This document shows positions 36,131 through 45,674 of a stretch of DNA of 64,000 nt, in pieces (within the stretch, counting starts at the first letter, position 1; each line of letters opens with the position of its first letter). This DNA comes from a virus (Duplodnaviria > Caudoviricetes): IMG/VR virus record IMGVR_UViG_3300021958_011004, positions 8,275 to 72,274 of that record, one strand, 5' to 3'. A program made the translations under genes and the position numbers. The notes under the pieces were generated by a model. The model made no database searches. It was not told the DNA's origin and saw only the letters and a program-made list of their open reading frames with translations.

Positions 36131-36454
36131 TCATGAGTTGATTTTCGAATCACCACTCCCACCTTTTTGGTTTGATGATTTTTTACGAGATCGCCGCTTT
36201 CTAGTTTTCTTTTCTGTGACTGGTTTATCAACTTCAAAAACCTCAGTAGTTTTTTCTTCAACTTTTTCTTCTTTCAAGACAACAGGAGGAAAAACTTTTT
36301 TATACTCTTCTTTTGTTACTGAAATAAAGTTCTTTGTTAAACAGTATTCTAATAATTCATCATAACTTCTTAAATTGTTTTTATCACAAAAAACCTTAAG
36401 TCCAGTTTTGGTTTTTCTAAGGAAGTAATCTAATTTAATCTTTTGAGTTCCCAT
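36131..36454 (-). CDS. Hypothetical protein, basic tail
   Basis: Start at MGTQKIK with GGAG RBS. Confidence 0.5.
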   Translation of the reverse strand: MGTQKIKLDYFLRKTKTGLKVFCDKNNLRSYDELLEYCLTKNFISVTKEEYKKVFPPVVLKEEKVEEKTTEVFEVDKPVTEKKTRKRRSRKKSSNQKGGSGDSKINS

Positions 36455-36713
36455 TTTTATTAATCTCCTTCTCAGACTCAACAAATAACTTTTTTATTAA
36501 TTCAGCAGTTTTTTCAGAGTAATTTTCCGAAATGTGCTCAAATATTTTAAGCATGTGCATCGAATTTGGATTATCAATCTTTGTTGATTCCTCAACATAA
36601 CTATATAATTCTAACAGTTTGTCTCCGTCCCAGTCTAAAGACTCAAGAAGCTCTGTTTCAAAGTGTATGTTTCTAAAATTCGATGCTTTCATTTTTTCAT
36701 GTCTCCATTTCAC
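36435..36713 (-). CDS. Hypothetical protein
   Basis: ORF track. Confidence 0.5.
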   Translation of the reverse strand: MKWRHEKMKASNFRNIHFETELLESLDWDGDKLLELYSYVEESTKIDNPNSMHMLKIFEHISENYSEKTAELIKKLFVESEKEINKNGNSKD

Positions 36714-36978
36714 TTATAAACTCAACAATTGCTTCTTGGAATCTTGGGTCCGTTGACAATCGATAGAGTTCTTTTTCATCAAGTTTAACATCATACAATT
36801 CAGCAAGATTATTCGCAACTTTATTTAAACTAGAAACAAAAACATTCCTTGCTGTTGAGTGATTCATTTTATAGCCTCGTTCATTCATTTCATCAGCAAT
36901 TTGATGATAAGTCATACCACCAAGTGATTTAGTTGTTGAATAACCGTTTTCTGATTTGTGACCTTTTGGCATTGACAT
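36697..36978 (-). CDS. Small HTH protein resembling sigma region 4.2
   Basis: MTYHQIADEMNERGYKMNHSTARNVFVSSLNKV; GAGGAG RBS inside end of sigma gene. Confidence 0.6.
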   Translation of the reverse strand: MSMPKGHKSENGYSTTKSLGGMTYHQIADEMNERGYKMNHSTARNVFVSSLNKVANNLAELYDVKLDEKELYRLSTDPRFQEAIVEFISEMET

Positions 36979-36985
36979 AATTAAT

Positions 36986-37726
36986 TTACTCCTCTTCGTT
37001 AATCTCGTAAATGTTTGGATCGTTGTCTTCAACTTCTGAAATTCCAAATCTTAATCGTAAAACCATTTCTTCTCTCTTGGAAAGACACTTCAAAGCTTTT
37101 ACGATACCCATTCTAATTCTTTCATCATCCATTGACTCTTCAATTGATTTAGCACTGCTTGGTAAAACATCAGCTAAGGTCCTATTAGAATCATCACTAA
37201 CAGGTGTATCAATAGAAGCAACATATTTTGCTTTTGCTGAAGCCATAGCTTGTTTAACTTGCTTAACTTCCATCTCTAGAATATCAGCAATTTCTTCCTC
37301 AGTCGGTTCAACACCAAACTCTTCTTCATATTCTTGAATTACTTGCCAAATCTTGCGTGCGTTTGAAACTGTATGAGAAGGAACCTTGAGTATTGAATTG
37401 TTTGATGTAAGGTGACGTGTAATAGATTGTTTAATCCACCAGTAGGCGTAAGTGCTAAATTTAAAGCCTTTCCGCCAGTCAAACTTTTCAACTGCCTTCA
37501 TAAGACCCATATTTGACTCTTGAATTAAATCTTCAATATTGCTACCATACTTTGAATATTTCTTTGCAATACTAATAGCTAATCTTAAATTAGCTTCAAT
37601 CATTCTTTTTCTAGCCTCGATATCACCTGACTCGATTCGTTTTGCCAGGGATATTTCTTCTTCCTTGGTTAATAATGGATGATTTGAAACCTGTTTGAAA
37701 TAACTTTCTAAAGCGTTTGAGTACAA
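36986..37726 (-). CDS. RNA polymerase sigma70-family factor lacking region 4.2
   Basis: Regions 1.2 (LTKEEE), 2 ([39 protein letters not shown]), 3 (SIDTP), 4.1 ([14 protein letters not shown]) then stop. Confidence 0.92.
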   Translation of the reverse strand: MYSNALESYFKQVSNHPLLTKEEEISLAKRIESGDIEARKRMIEANLRLAISIAKKYSKYGSNIEDLIQESNMGLMKAVEKFDWRKGFKFSTYAYWWIKQSITRHLTSNNSILKVPSHTVSNARKIWQVIQEYEEEFGVEPTEEEIADILEMEVKQVKQAMASAKAKYVASIDTPVSDDSNRTLADVLPSSAKSIEESMDDERIRMGIVKALKCLSKREEMVLRLRFGISEVEDNDPNIYEINEEE

Positions 37727-37769
37727 AAGCCACCTTCCTTGTTGTGTTGTGTTTGTGGATTATATTTTT

Positions 37770-37798
37770 ATTATAACAAAAAAAATGCAAGGTTGCAT
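37770..37798 (-). promoter_or_regulatory. Promoter ATGCAA-N17-TATAAT upstream of sigma gene
   Basis: Class consensus with TG extension; overlaps terminator. Confidence 0.7.
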
Positions 37799-37814
37799 GT
37801 TACACAACCTTGCA
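37777..37814 (-). terminator. Intrinsic terminator after hsp20
   Basis: TGCAAGGTTG...CAACCTTGCA followed by T9 on minus strand. Confidence 0.75.
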
Positions 37815-37834
37815 ATATAAATGTAAATAAAAAA

Positions 37835-38281
37835 TTAACGAATTGAAATAGATCGAGTTGTCTTTTCTTTCTTTTCAAGATATGGAAGTTCAACTGTAAG
37901 AATTCCATTAACATATTCAGCATCAACTTGCTCTACGTTAACATTGCTTGGAATAGCAAAAGTTCTATGAAAACGAAAATCTGAAAACTCTGTAATGTAT
38001 CGTTTTCTATTCTGGTTGTCTTTACTTCTTTCACCATGAACTGTCATAACATCTTTTTCAATGTTGATGTTAATATCTTCCTTTGCAAAACCGGGAACAA
38101 AAAATTCAAAGGTTACTGAATTGTTATTTTCTGAAGTAAAAATATTACACTTTGGAAATGTTTCGTAGCTTTTCAAGTTGCCTCCACTGGTATAGCTTGG
38201 AAATAAAGCGTCAAAATTATCAAAGAAACTCTTATCAAAAAAGTCATTAAAATTATTATATCGTACAAGTTTGCTGCTCAT
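37835..38281 (-). CDS. Hsp20/alpha-crystallin small heat-shock protein
   Basis: VPGFAKEDI.I...F.RTF.IP..V....A.Y.NGILTV. Confidence 0.92.
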   Translation of the reverse strand: MSSKLVRYNNFNDFFDKSFFDNFDALFPSYTSGGNLKSYETFPKCNIFTSENNNSVTFEFFVPGFAKEDININIEKDVMTVHGERSKDNQNRKRYITEFSDFRFHRTFAIPSNVNVEQVDAEYVNGILTVELPYLEKKEKTTRSISIR

Positions 38282-38295
38282 TAATTTACCTCCTG

Positions 38296-38595
38296 TTAAA
38301 TAGATTTTCGCTGAGCGTTGAATTGCTTGTCATAAAAAGCGCGTTTTTCACGATTTTGCAATTCTCGAGTGACATAGCAGAGATGAACTTCTAGGTCTCT
38401 CATATTTTTGGATGATTCATCATCCAATCTCTTTCTTGAGCTTTTAATCAGCTTAGAACGAAGCTCCATATAATACTCACCTAAAGTTTGGTCATTCAAA
38501 TATCCCAAATCTTTATTACTATAACGGTACATCACAACCTCCATCGATGCGTAGTTTATAGCTTTACTATTGTTTTGCTCAAATAAAATTTTCAT
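38296..38595 (-). CDS. Hypothetical protein
   Basis: ORF with promoter upstream. Confidence 0.5.
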   Translation of the reverse strand: MKILFEQNNSKAINYASMEVVMYRYSNKDLGYLNDQTLGEYYMELRSKLIKSSRKRLDDESSKNMRDLEVHLCYVTRELQNREKRAFYDKQFNAQRKSI

Positions 38596-38600
38596 ATTTT

Positions 38601-38629
38601 ATTATAAGCACCACACTTTGGGTTTACAC
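38601..38629 (-). promoter_or_regulatory. Promoter GTGTAA-N17-TATAAT
   Basis: Class consensus. Confidence 0.65.
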
Positions 38630-38646
38630 CCTTTTTTTTAAAAAAA

Positions 38647-39006
38647 TTAAAAAATTATTTTTTTACCCTTTAGGGTTACAGTTCTTTTATTGTAAGTGTC
38701 AAAAGCAATAGTCTTGACACCGGGAAGTTTTTTAATAGAACCACCTAACTCTTTGAGGTTTTTATATACTTCTTCAGTTCTTGGCAAGAATTTAATACTC
38801 ACTTCAAGTCTATCATCACCATCAAAAAACCTTGCTACTTTCTTGCTTTGAGCAACAACAGCTATTGCAGGAAGAATACGAATTCTTGTCATTAAATCTG
38901 GAATATGTGTATCAGGTTCAAGTTTAAGCGTTGCTGTACAAGTTGTTAGTTTTCTTTCAAGCTTGTATATTGACTCATTAATCTTTTTCATATCACTTTC
39001 CTGCAA
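38647..39006 (-). CDS. Hypothetical protein
   Basis: ORF track. Confidence 0.55.
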   Translation of the reverse strand: MQESDMKKINESIYKLERKLTTCTATLKLEPDTHIPDLMTRIRILPAIAVVAQSKKVARFFDGDDRLEVSIKFLPRTEEVYKNLKELGGSIKKLPGVKTIAFDTYNKRTVTLKGKKIIF

Positions 39007-39014
39007 TAGGTTTT

Positions 39015-40631
39015 CTAATAACTATTATCGTCGTTAGATTGTTTCTCTATTTCTATCATGCAGCATCCTACATTTAATAGCATCGTAGCAGCAGAAACAG
39101 CATTCTCAATTGCACATCTTACAACCTTGTGAGGATCAACAATACCAATGTCAAACATATTTCCTAAAACATCATTTCGAGCATCATAACCAACATAATC
39201 ATCTGTAGATAGAATTTGAGTTAATAACGAGTCCGGAGAGTTGTGACCGTTCCTAATAATCTGCTTAAAAGGTTCAACACATGATCTCTGCATAATTTCA
39301 ATTCCAGCTCTAACATCAGCACTAGACTCTGAATCTATATCTACTTGGAGCGACTTAGAAGCTCTTGCCAATGCCACACCACCGCCGGGAAGGATTCCTT
39401 CTTGAAGAGCAGCACGAGTTGCGTGTAGTGCATCATCAACTCTGTCATATCTTTCAATAAGCTCTGACTCTGTTGCTGCACCAATCCTGAGAATTGAAAT
39501 ACCTCCGGCTAGTTGCTGTAGACGGTATTTCAATAATTCAACTTCAACATCTTCCAGCCCAGGATTGTCAAACTGGCTTTTAATTGCATAGACTCTTTGT
39601 TGGATATAATCATCTCTATTATGACCTTCTTGTGCAACAAGCAGGGTGTTTCCTCGATGAGTAATTGTCTTTTTACAAGTACCAAAATCTTCCATTGAGA
39701 ATTTATTCATATCAAAAGAAGCATCAACAATTGTTCCACCCACAACAGCTTGAAGATCATTTAAAAGATCATGTCTTGAATTTCCAAATCCTGGGCTTTT
39801 AATTGCACAAACACGTAATGCTCCTTTTGTTTTGTTGAGCACTAGACCTTGCAACGCATCTCCTTCTACATCGTTAGCGATAACCAGGACAGGTCTGGAG
39901 ACCTCCAAAGAAAGTTCTAATGGTTTCATAAGGTCACGAATAGAAGTAAATTCTCTATTGGCTAAGAAGATCAGGGGCTTATCAAACTCACAAGTCATTT
40001 TATTTTTATCTGTAACAAAATAAGGAGATAAATAGCCACGCTCGACTCTAAAGCCGTCAACAACGCTTAAAGAAGATTTAAACCCTTTTGCTTCTTCAAC
40101 AATAATATTGCCATCAACACCGGAAGCTTCTATCGCATTTACAATAAGCTCAGCAGTTTCTTTTTCACCGTTTGCTGAAATCATTGCAACCTGAAGTAAT
40201 TCTTCTCTACCGTTTACTTCTTTTTTATGGCTAGATATTTCTTTTTTTATTGAATTTAAAGCTAAGTCAATTCCTGCTTTTAACAAGTCGGGCTGAAATC
40301 CCGCTGCTTTCATTTTTAAGCCTTCATTATAAATCTTTTGTGCTAGAACTGTAGCTGTTGTTGTACCATCGCCTGCTTCTTCAGCAGTTCTGGCTGCAGC
40401 TTCCTTGATAACTTTAACACCAAGATTTTGGACTTCATCTGACAAGTTAACTGATTGAGCAACTGTTACCCCGTCTTTAGTGACAATCGGATGATCGCCT
40501 GGTCGCTGAATCAACACTAGCCGTCCTTTTGGTCCCATTGTTGTTTTTACGGCATTTGCTAAAATATCAATACCTTTCTTAAGACTAACATCAAGCTCAT
40601 CTTTAAAAATGACTTCTCTTTTCTTTTCCAA
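39015..40631 (-). CDS. groEL: Chaperonin GroEL (phage-type)
   Basis: TMGPKGR, TKDGVTVA, AGDGTTTAT, DALHATRAA, PGGG; no GGM tail. Confidence 0.97.
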   Translation of the reverse strand: MEKKREVIFKDELDVSLKKGIDILANAVKTTMGPKGRLVLIQRPGDHPIVTKDGVTVAQSVNLSDEVQNLGVKVIKEAAARTAEEAGDGTTTATVLAQKIYNEGLKMKAAGFQPDLLKAGIDLALNSIKKEISSHKKEVNGREELLQVAMISANGEKETAELIVNAIEASGVDGNIIVEEAKGFKSSLSVVDGFRVERGYLSPYFVTDKNKMTCEFDKPLIFLANREFTSIRDLMKPLELSLEVSRPVLVIANDVEGDALQGLVLNKTKGALRVCAIKSPGFGNSRHDLLNDLQAVVGGTIVDASFDMNKFSMEDFGTCKKTITHRGNTLLVAQEGHNRDDYIQQRVYAIKSQFDNPGLEDVEVELLKYRLQQLAGGISILRIGAATESELIERYDRVDDALHATRAALQEGILPGGGVALARASKSLQVDIDSESSADVRAGIEIMQRSCVEPFKQIIRNGHNSPDSLLTQILSTDDYVGYDARNDVLGNMFDIGIVDPHKVVRCAIENAVSAATMLLNVGCCMIEIEKQSNDDNSY

Positions 40632-40634
40632 GTT

Positions 40635-40877
40635 TCACCCTTTTAGAATTTTTCTTTCACTAACAATTGAATATCTGCTTAAAATTTCGTTTAAGCTATT
40701 TGTTTTTTGTAATACTCTTCTTTGTTGACTAATAACATTTTCAGCAACTATTAAGTCACCTTGAACAGCAGCAACTTCATTAACTGCAATAATATTGAGC
40801 TTTCTTAGCTCGAGTTGAATTCTATCATTTAAATAATTCATACCAAACCTCCGAAAGTTTGAACATATTTTGACCAA
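40635..40877 (-). CDS. Hypothetical protein
   Basis: Coupled ORF upstream of groEL; not GroES-like. Confidence 0.45.
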   Translation of the reverse strand: MVKICSNFRRFGMNYLNDRIQLELRKLNIIAVNEVAAVQGDLIVAENVISQQRRVLQKTNSLNEILSRYSIVSERKILKG

Positions 40878-41638
40878 GTCTTTTCTTTTAACATTGAATC
40901 AAAACCTAATTCATCAAAGTAAGAGTAAATCTGTTCAAAGTCTCCATCACCTGTTTTTGTTTCCATCACAGAAAGATTATCAGAGAAATCAACCAGACGA
41001 ATTAAGTTTACATTATTTTCGAAGACTTGTTTATAGACAGGATTACTTAATTTCTCTTGCAATAATTCAGGATTACGCATAAGCTTATCAGCAGTCTTAT
41101 CACCAACCCCAGGAATACCTGAAATATTATCTGTTAAATCACCACGCAAAGCTTTCCACATAACGTAATCATATTCTGGTTTTTCAATAAACTTCTTTTT
41201 AATTGGATGATATATCTGCAAGTTATCAAAAGCATTTAGTAATTGAATAAAATCAGAGTCAGATGAAACAATTGTTACATCATCGCTATTTCTACAATGA
41301 ATTGACGCCATAGTTGCGATGGTATCATCACACTCTAGCTCTGGATGTTTGATTGTTTCAAATGGAAAATGAGCAGAAACTAAATCAATAATGGCTGCCT
41401 TTTGTCGATGAAAGCTGTTTCCTGGGTTTGGACGATTTGCCTTATAATTTCCACCACTTATTTCGCTTCGAAACTTAGGATAACCCTCTAGAACAAAGTA
41501 GACCTTGTCTGGAGAAAACTTCTCTACAATAGGGCGTACACCTCGAAAGAAGTTATAAATTATGGGATGGTCTCCTTGAGAAAAACCAGAGCGAGCGCGA
41601 TGAATGAGATTATAAGCATCAAGAAACAATACTTTCAA
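40838..41638 (-). CDS. 5'-3' exonuclease/flap endonuclease (PolI N-terminal / T4 RNase H-like)
   Basis: LFLDAYN, ECDD, SSDSDFIQ, KALRGDLTDNISGIPGVGDKTA. Confidence 0.92.
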   Translation of the reverse strand: MKVLFLDAYNLIHRARSGFSQGDHPIIYNFFRGVRPIVEKFSPDKVYFVLEGYPKFRSEISGGNYKANRPNPGNSFHRQKAAIIDLVSAHFPFETIKHPELECDDTIATMASIHCRNSDDVTIVSSDSDFIQLLNAFDNLQIYHPIKKKFIEKPEYDYVMWKALRGDLTDNISGIPGVGDKTADKLMRNPELLQEKLSNPVYKQVFENNVNLIRLVDFSDNLSVMETKTGDGDFEQIYSYFDELGFDSMLKEKTWSKYVQTFGGLV

Positions 41639-42081
41639 TTTTTACCTACCTTGTCGATTTCTTCTTTTTTCACCTTACCAATAACACCATTGCCAAGGTC
41701 TACTTTTATTATATCATCTTCATTATTATTTTGCACGCTAGACAAATTATTTATAATTTTTTGAGGTTCAACAACATCTTCAACAATATTTGGAAAGCTT
41801 TCGTCACGCAATATCTCAGCATCTGAAATCATTTTTTCAATTGCATTTGTTGCGTTCTGAACCATGTAGTTTTTTATTTCATGGCGATTTTTAAAAATCT
41901 GACCCTTTATATTTTTAATGTCTACAATGGTTTTTGCTTCATTTGGAAACATTATCATATAAGTCTTTTCTTTTCCAGTCAATGTTGTTTTTGTCACTTC
42001 TTCAACAACTTGAACTGGAATAATATTTAAAGACTTTTCACTTGACATAAAAAGAATCTGCCCGACTTCGTAATCGTTCAT
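41635..42081 (-). CDS. Hypothetical protein
   Basis: YEVGQILF; GAGG RBS. Confidence 0.55.
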   Translation of the reverse strand: MNDYEVGQILFMSSEKSLNIIPVQVVEEVTKTTLTGKEKTYMIMFPNEAKTIVDIKNIKGQIFKNRHEIKNYMVQNATNAIEKMISDAEILRDESFPNIVEDVVEPQKIINNLSSVQNNNEDDIIKVDLGNGVIGKVKKEEIDKVGKN

Positions 42082-42154
42082 AGAAACACCTCTCGAATAT
42101 TTCTAATTGTATTACAAAGCGGGCAGAATTTATAACTATTCTTGCTTTTATTTT

Positions 42155-42619
42155 TTATTTAAAGCCGATTCCCTTAAGAAATGAACCCTGATGAACAAAA
42201 CCTTTTTTGCTCTTTTGCGGCTTTTCATTTCCGTAAATCCAGTCAGCACTAATATTAAGTTCATCCATAATATTCTGAACTTCTTCTTCGATTACTGACT
42301 TAAGATGTGCTTCTTGTAATGCTTGACGTCTTTTTGCTTGTGCTTTTTGTGCAAGATCTGCTTGACGCTTCTTGTTTTCGTTCATAAGACGCTTCATGCG
42401 ACGAAGTTCTTGAACTAACTCAACTTCATCAATCTCAATTACTTCATCAAGATTTTCTTCTTTTTCTTCATCTTCTTCAGCTTCCATTGCTTCAGCAAAC
42501 ATATCACTAACAGGTGCAGCTTCTTTAATTGTTTCATTAGCAGATTCACGAAGAAGATTAGAAGATGGTGTTCCACCAACCCCAGCTAATTGACAAAGTC
42601 TATCAACATTAATTTTCAT
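42155..42619 (-). CDS. Prohead core/scaffold-like acidic protein
   Basis: RLCQLAGV, multiple L/I-x-E sites, coiled coil. Confidence 0.45.
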   Translation of the reverse strand: MKINVDRLCQLAGVGGTPSSNLLRESANETIKEAAPVSDMFAEAMEAEEDEEKEENLDEVIEIDEVELVQELRRMKRLMNENKKRQADLAQKAQAKRRQALQEAHLKSVIEEEVQNIMDELNISADWIYGNEKPQKSKKGFVHQGSFLKGIGFK

Positions 42620-42661
42620 TTTAAATTCCTCCAACAAGAATAGTATCTATAACTATTATTC

Positions 42662-43018
42662 TTAAGAGTTAGTTTCCGAAATATTTTTTCTGATGTTATC
42701 TGTAATTTGTCTACCCTTCTCTACAGCTTCTTGAAGAGGTTCTAGACCTAGACATATGCGCACCTCATCATAAAGCTCAGGGGTTAAACCCTCTTTAAGA
42801 TGGACCATATCTGCATATTGATGTAAGTCCATTTCAAGAATTGGTAACTTTTCACCATTAGGGCCAGGTTCAAATTCACCAGTCTCTCTACTTTCAAACA
42901 CAAAAAGAACTTTAGGCATTACTTCTTCTTGTGGTACCATAATAAAAGGAATCTTTGAGGATAGTCCATCCTCAGCTTCTTCATACATTAGCTCTGGGAA
43001 CCATTTGTTTTCTGACAT
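42662..43018 (-). CDS. Hypothetical protein
   Basis: ORF track. Confidence 0.55.
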   Translation of the reverse strand: MSENKWFPELMYEEAEDGLSSKIPFIMVPQEEVMPKVLFVFESRETGEFEPGPNGEKLPILEMDLHQYADMVHLKEGLTPELYDEVRICLGLEPLQEAVEKGRQITDNIRKNISETNS

Positions 43019-43077
43019 TTTTTACTCCGTTTTTAATTTTTAAAATTCTATTTTATGAAAAACAGAAGTAAAATAAA

Positions 43078-44136
43078 CTAATAGTTCTGGAGTTGATTAA
43101 TAAATTCTCTCATTTTATTCATCACTGGTTCTTCAAGTGTTGTATCAACAAGAGCTTTTGCAATTTGTGGTAATAATTCAGCAATTGCTATTTTCCTACC
43201 AGCGATGGCTTTTTCCTTTAATTCTTCAGTAATGTCATATCCATCACTGTTTGGAAGCGAGTTCATTAATCTGGTGTCAGCTTGAATGTCATTTAAAGCA
43301 GCAATTTGTTTATAAGCAGCTTGTGCATCTTCTGTTTCTATGTTACTTAAAACATCAGTTACTTTAAGATAATTGTCGATATCCTTGTCTAAAGAATTTA
43401 AATCCATGTTAGATATCAATGCCTCGGGAAATACATTTGCAAATCCTGCAGGTAAAAATATTTCCTCTACTTCTGCTTGCTCGTTTAACTTTCTTTCTGT
43501 AACAACATCTGCTACTGTTGCAGCAGCCTTAATCTGTGGAATAGGAGCTTTTTTTGCTGCCTTTATGACAACATCAGCAGCTTTTTCTTTACCTTTTGTT
43601 GAAGCAATTGAAGAAGCAATACTCTTAACAATTCCAGTTTTGTCTTCTTTTTCAACCTCAACGGCAGGCTTCTTAACAGCGGGTGTTGTGCCTCTTGAGA
43701 TGTAATCACTGCCGATACCTATCACCTCAGCAAATAAATCAATAGCACGCTGAATCCAATAACAGGCCACTGCAGGAACACCCATAATGTTTAAAGCCAT
43801 GTCTACATTATTAATAATTTCTCCTAAAACAAATCTCAAGGCAGAAAGCTCAGAAGCAGTATTTGGCAAAAATTTTGCTAGAGTTGAATCTTTTGTCATT
43901 TGTTGAATAGCACCATCAACGCTTGTAGCTCTTTTATCTCCAAGAAATAATTTTTCAAATCCTGGAATTCTAGAAAAATCTATTTCACAAGTCCCTGGTT
44001 TCCATTCTGTGTATCTGAAAACTAGGCTGCTTCCACGCTCGATTTCATTTATGAGCTTCTTTTTTTGACAGCAGCAGCCTTCTGCTAATAAAATATTTCT
44101 TATTTCTTTTCTTAGTTGAGATTCTGATATCTTCAT
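43078..44136 (-). CDS. Hypothetical protein with MKxxxxQLR leader
   Basis: MKISESQLRKEIRNILLAE. Confidence 0.65.
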   Translation of the reverse strand: MKISESQLRKEIRNILLAEGCCCQKKKLINEIERGSSLVFRYTEWKPGTCEIDFSRIPGFEKLFLGDKRATSVDGAIQQMTKDSTLAKFLPNTASELSALRFVLGEIINNVDMALNIMGVPAVACYWIQRAIDLFAEVIGIGSDYISRGTTPAVKKPAVEVEKEDKTGIVKSIASSIASTKGKEKAADVVIKAAKKAPIPQIKAAATVADVVTERKLNEQAEVEEIFLPAGFANVFPEALISNMDLNSLDKDIDNYLKVTDVLSNIETEDAQAAYKQIAALNDIQADTRLMNSLPNSDGYDITEELKEKAIAGRKIAIAELLPQIAKALVDTTLEEPVMNKMREFINQLQNY

Positions 44137-44138
44137 TA

Positions 44139-44882
44139 TCAATCTCTCATTAATCTTCTAACTTTTTCTCTTAATGCGATCACGTCTTGAGATTCATTAA
44201 CTTTGATCGGAGGAGTTGTGTCTTCTTCTTCGTCACTAACTTGAATAGTAGCTTGAACTTGTTGTTGGGCTTCAGGTTTCTTTTCAACTTCGCTTGATGC
44301 TTCTTCGCCCTCTTCTCTTTTTGTAATATCAAAATAATGTTTTGGATCACTCGGATCTTGTGCTTCTTCAGCTTCAATTGCACCAGTTAAAATCTTTGAA
44401 AGTTCTTTAAGGAATAAAAATAAAATTTCTCTTTCATTCTCATCAAGTCTATCATAATATCCACTTAATTCATCTTTAATTTCTTTGTCTCTTAAAGATC
44501 TTCCTGCGCGTAATGTATTAATGGCTGTTATAACAGAGTCAAAAGAATAACCACCTTCTGTATCATCAAGACTCATCGCTTTTTCTGCTGCTGGTAATTC
44601 TTCTTCTCTTTCTTCTGCGTCAGGATTATCATCAACTTCTTCAGCAGCAGCTTCAGATTCATCTCCGGCAGCTACTTCCTCTTCTTCTTCGACTTCCTCT
44701 GCTGCAACTTCTTCCTCTTCTTGTTCATAAAGATTTTTCATTTCACTTTCAAGGTTACTCTTAAACTTATCAGCATAAGGATCTGATGATTCATTTAGTT
44801 TTAGTTTAGATTTTTTTACTGCTTCCTCAGATACGACTCGTAACAAGTTTAGCAATTCTTTTTCATTGTTGATTTTAAACAT
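44139..44882 (-). CDS. Very acidic protein with EQEEEEVAAEE motif (scaffold-like)
   Basis: KLNES, LYEQEEEEVAAEE, KVNES. Confidence 0.6.
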   Translation of the reverse strand: MFKINNEKELLNLLRVVSEEAVKKSKLKLNESSDPYADKFKSNLESEMKNLYEQEEEEVAAEEVEEEEEVAAGDESEAAAEEVDDNPDAEEREEELPAAEKAMSLDDTEGGYSFDSVITAINTLRAGRSLRDKEIKDELSGYYDRLDENEREILFLFLKELSKILTGAIEAEEAQDPSDPKHYFDITKREEGEEASSEVEKKPEAQQQVQATIQVSDEEEDTTPPIKVNESQDVIALREKVRRLMRD

Positions 44883-44914
44883 ATAATCCTCTCTAATATA
44901 GCTAATTATGAACC

Positions 44915-45256
44915 TTAAAACATTATTTCAATTTCATAATCAATATCATTTTTTTGCTTTTGAATTTTTTTTATATTGAATTTATAATTTATCTCTTTTA
45001 CATTATTTCCTAAAACTATTTTTTTTATCATTAGTGACTGATCAAAAAATAATTTTTCTAAGTAATGAGAAGAAACGTTAAAAGCAATGATACCACTATC
45101 AACAAAATAGTTTTTAATTTCAAAAAAGTATTCATCGCTATCGTTTCCAATGACAGCAGAAAGAACGTCAAAAACAGAGCCATCGCTATCTTTCTTTTCT
45201 ATTAATTCATCCTCAGTTAAAAGACCCTTTAAAGACTCACTAACAAAAAAAGACAT
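44915..45256 (-). CDS. Hypothetical protein
   Basis: ORF track. Confidence 0.5.
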   Translation of the reverse strand: MSFFVSESLKGLLTEDELIEKKDSDGSVFDVLSAVIGNDSDEYFFEIKNYFVDSGIIAFNVSSHYLEKLFFDQSLMIKKIVLGNNVKEINYKFNIKKIQKQKNDIDYEIEIMF

Positions 45257-45257
45257 C

Positions 45258-45671
45258 TTATAAAGACCTTATAAACTTAACATCCTGATATACTTCGTCA
45301 ATATATCTTGCCAGGTCTAAATCTCTATCTGAAACACCTCCCATTTCATGTGTTGTTAATTCTATTACAACAACATCAACATCAATAGTAATCTTTGGAT
45401 GATGATTGATTTGATTAGATTTTCTCATCACATCATTTAAAAAATACATCAGATGATTAAAAGATGCAAACTTAAAAGATTTTTCAATTAAACTGTGCCC
45501 ATGTATATCTTCAACAGTTTGCCAGTCACTTGATTTTACAGCAACAGGAAGTTCTTCACCCATTTCAAAACTTCTAGCTCTCCCAACGTTTTGATAAGGA
45601 AAATTAGGAATCTCAAAACTTTGCTTTTGAGAAATCATGTTTGCTAAATTTTCAAGTAACATTTTTGACAT
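45258..45671 (-). CDS. phhB: Pterin-4-alpha-carbinolamine dehydratase-like
   Basis: FKF.SF...F...NHHP.I....V...LTTHE.GGVSDRDL.LA..ID. Confidence 0.85.
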   Translation of the reverse strand: MSKMLLENLANMISQKQSFEIPNFPYQNVGRARSFEMGEELPVAVKSSDWQTVEDIHGHSLIEKSFKFASFNHLMYFLNDVMRKSNQINHHPKITIDVDVVVIELTTHEMGGVSDRDLDLARYIDEVYQDVKFIRSL

Positions 45672-45674
45672 ATT

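Noticed and set aside
40635-40877. GroES candidate upstream of groEL
   Set aside because: No GroES motifs (PLxDRV, mobile loop GGI)
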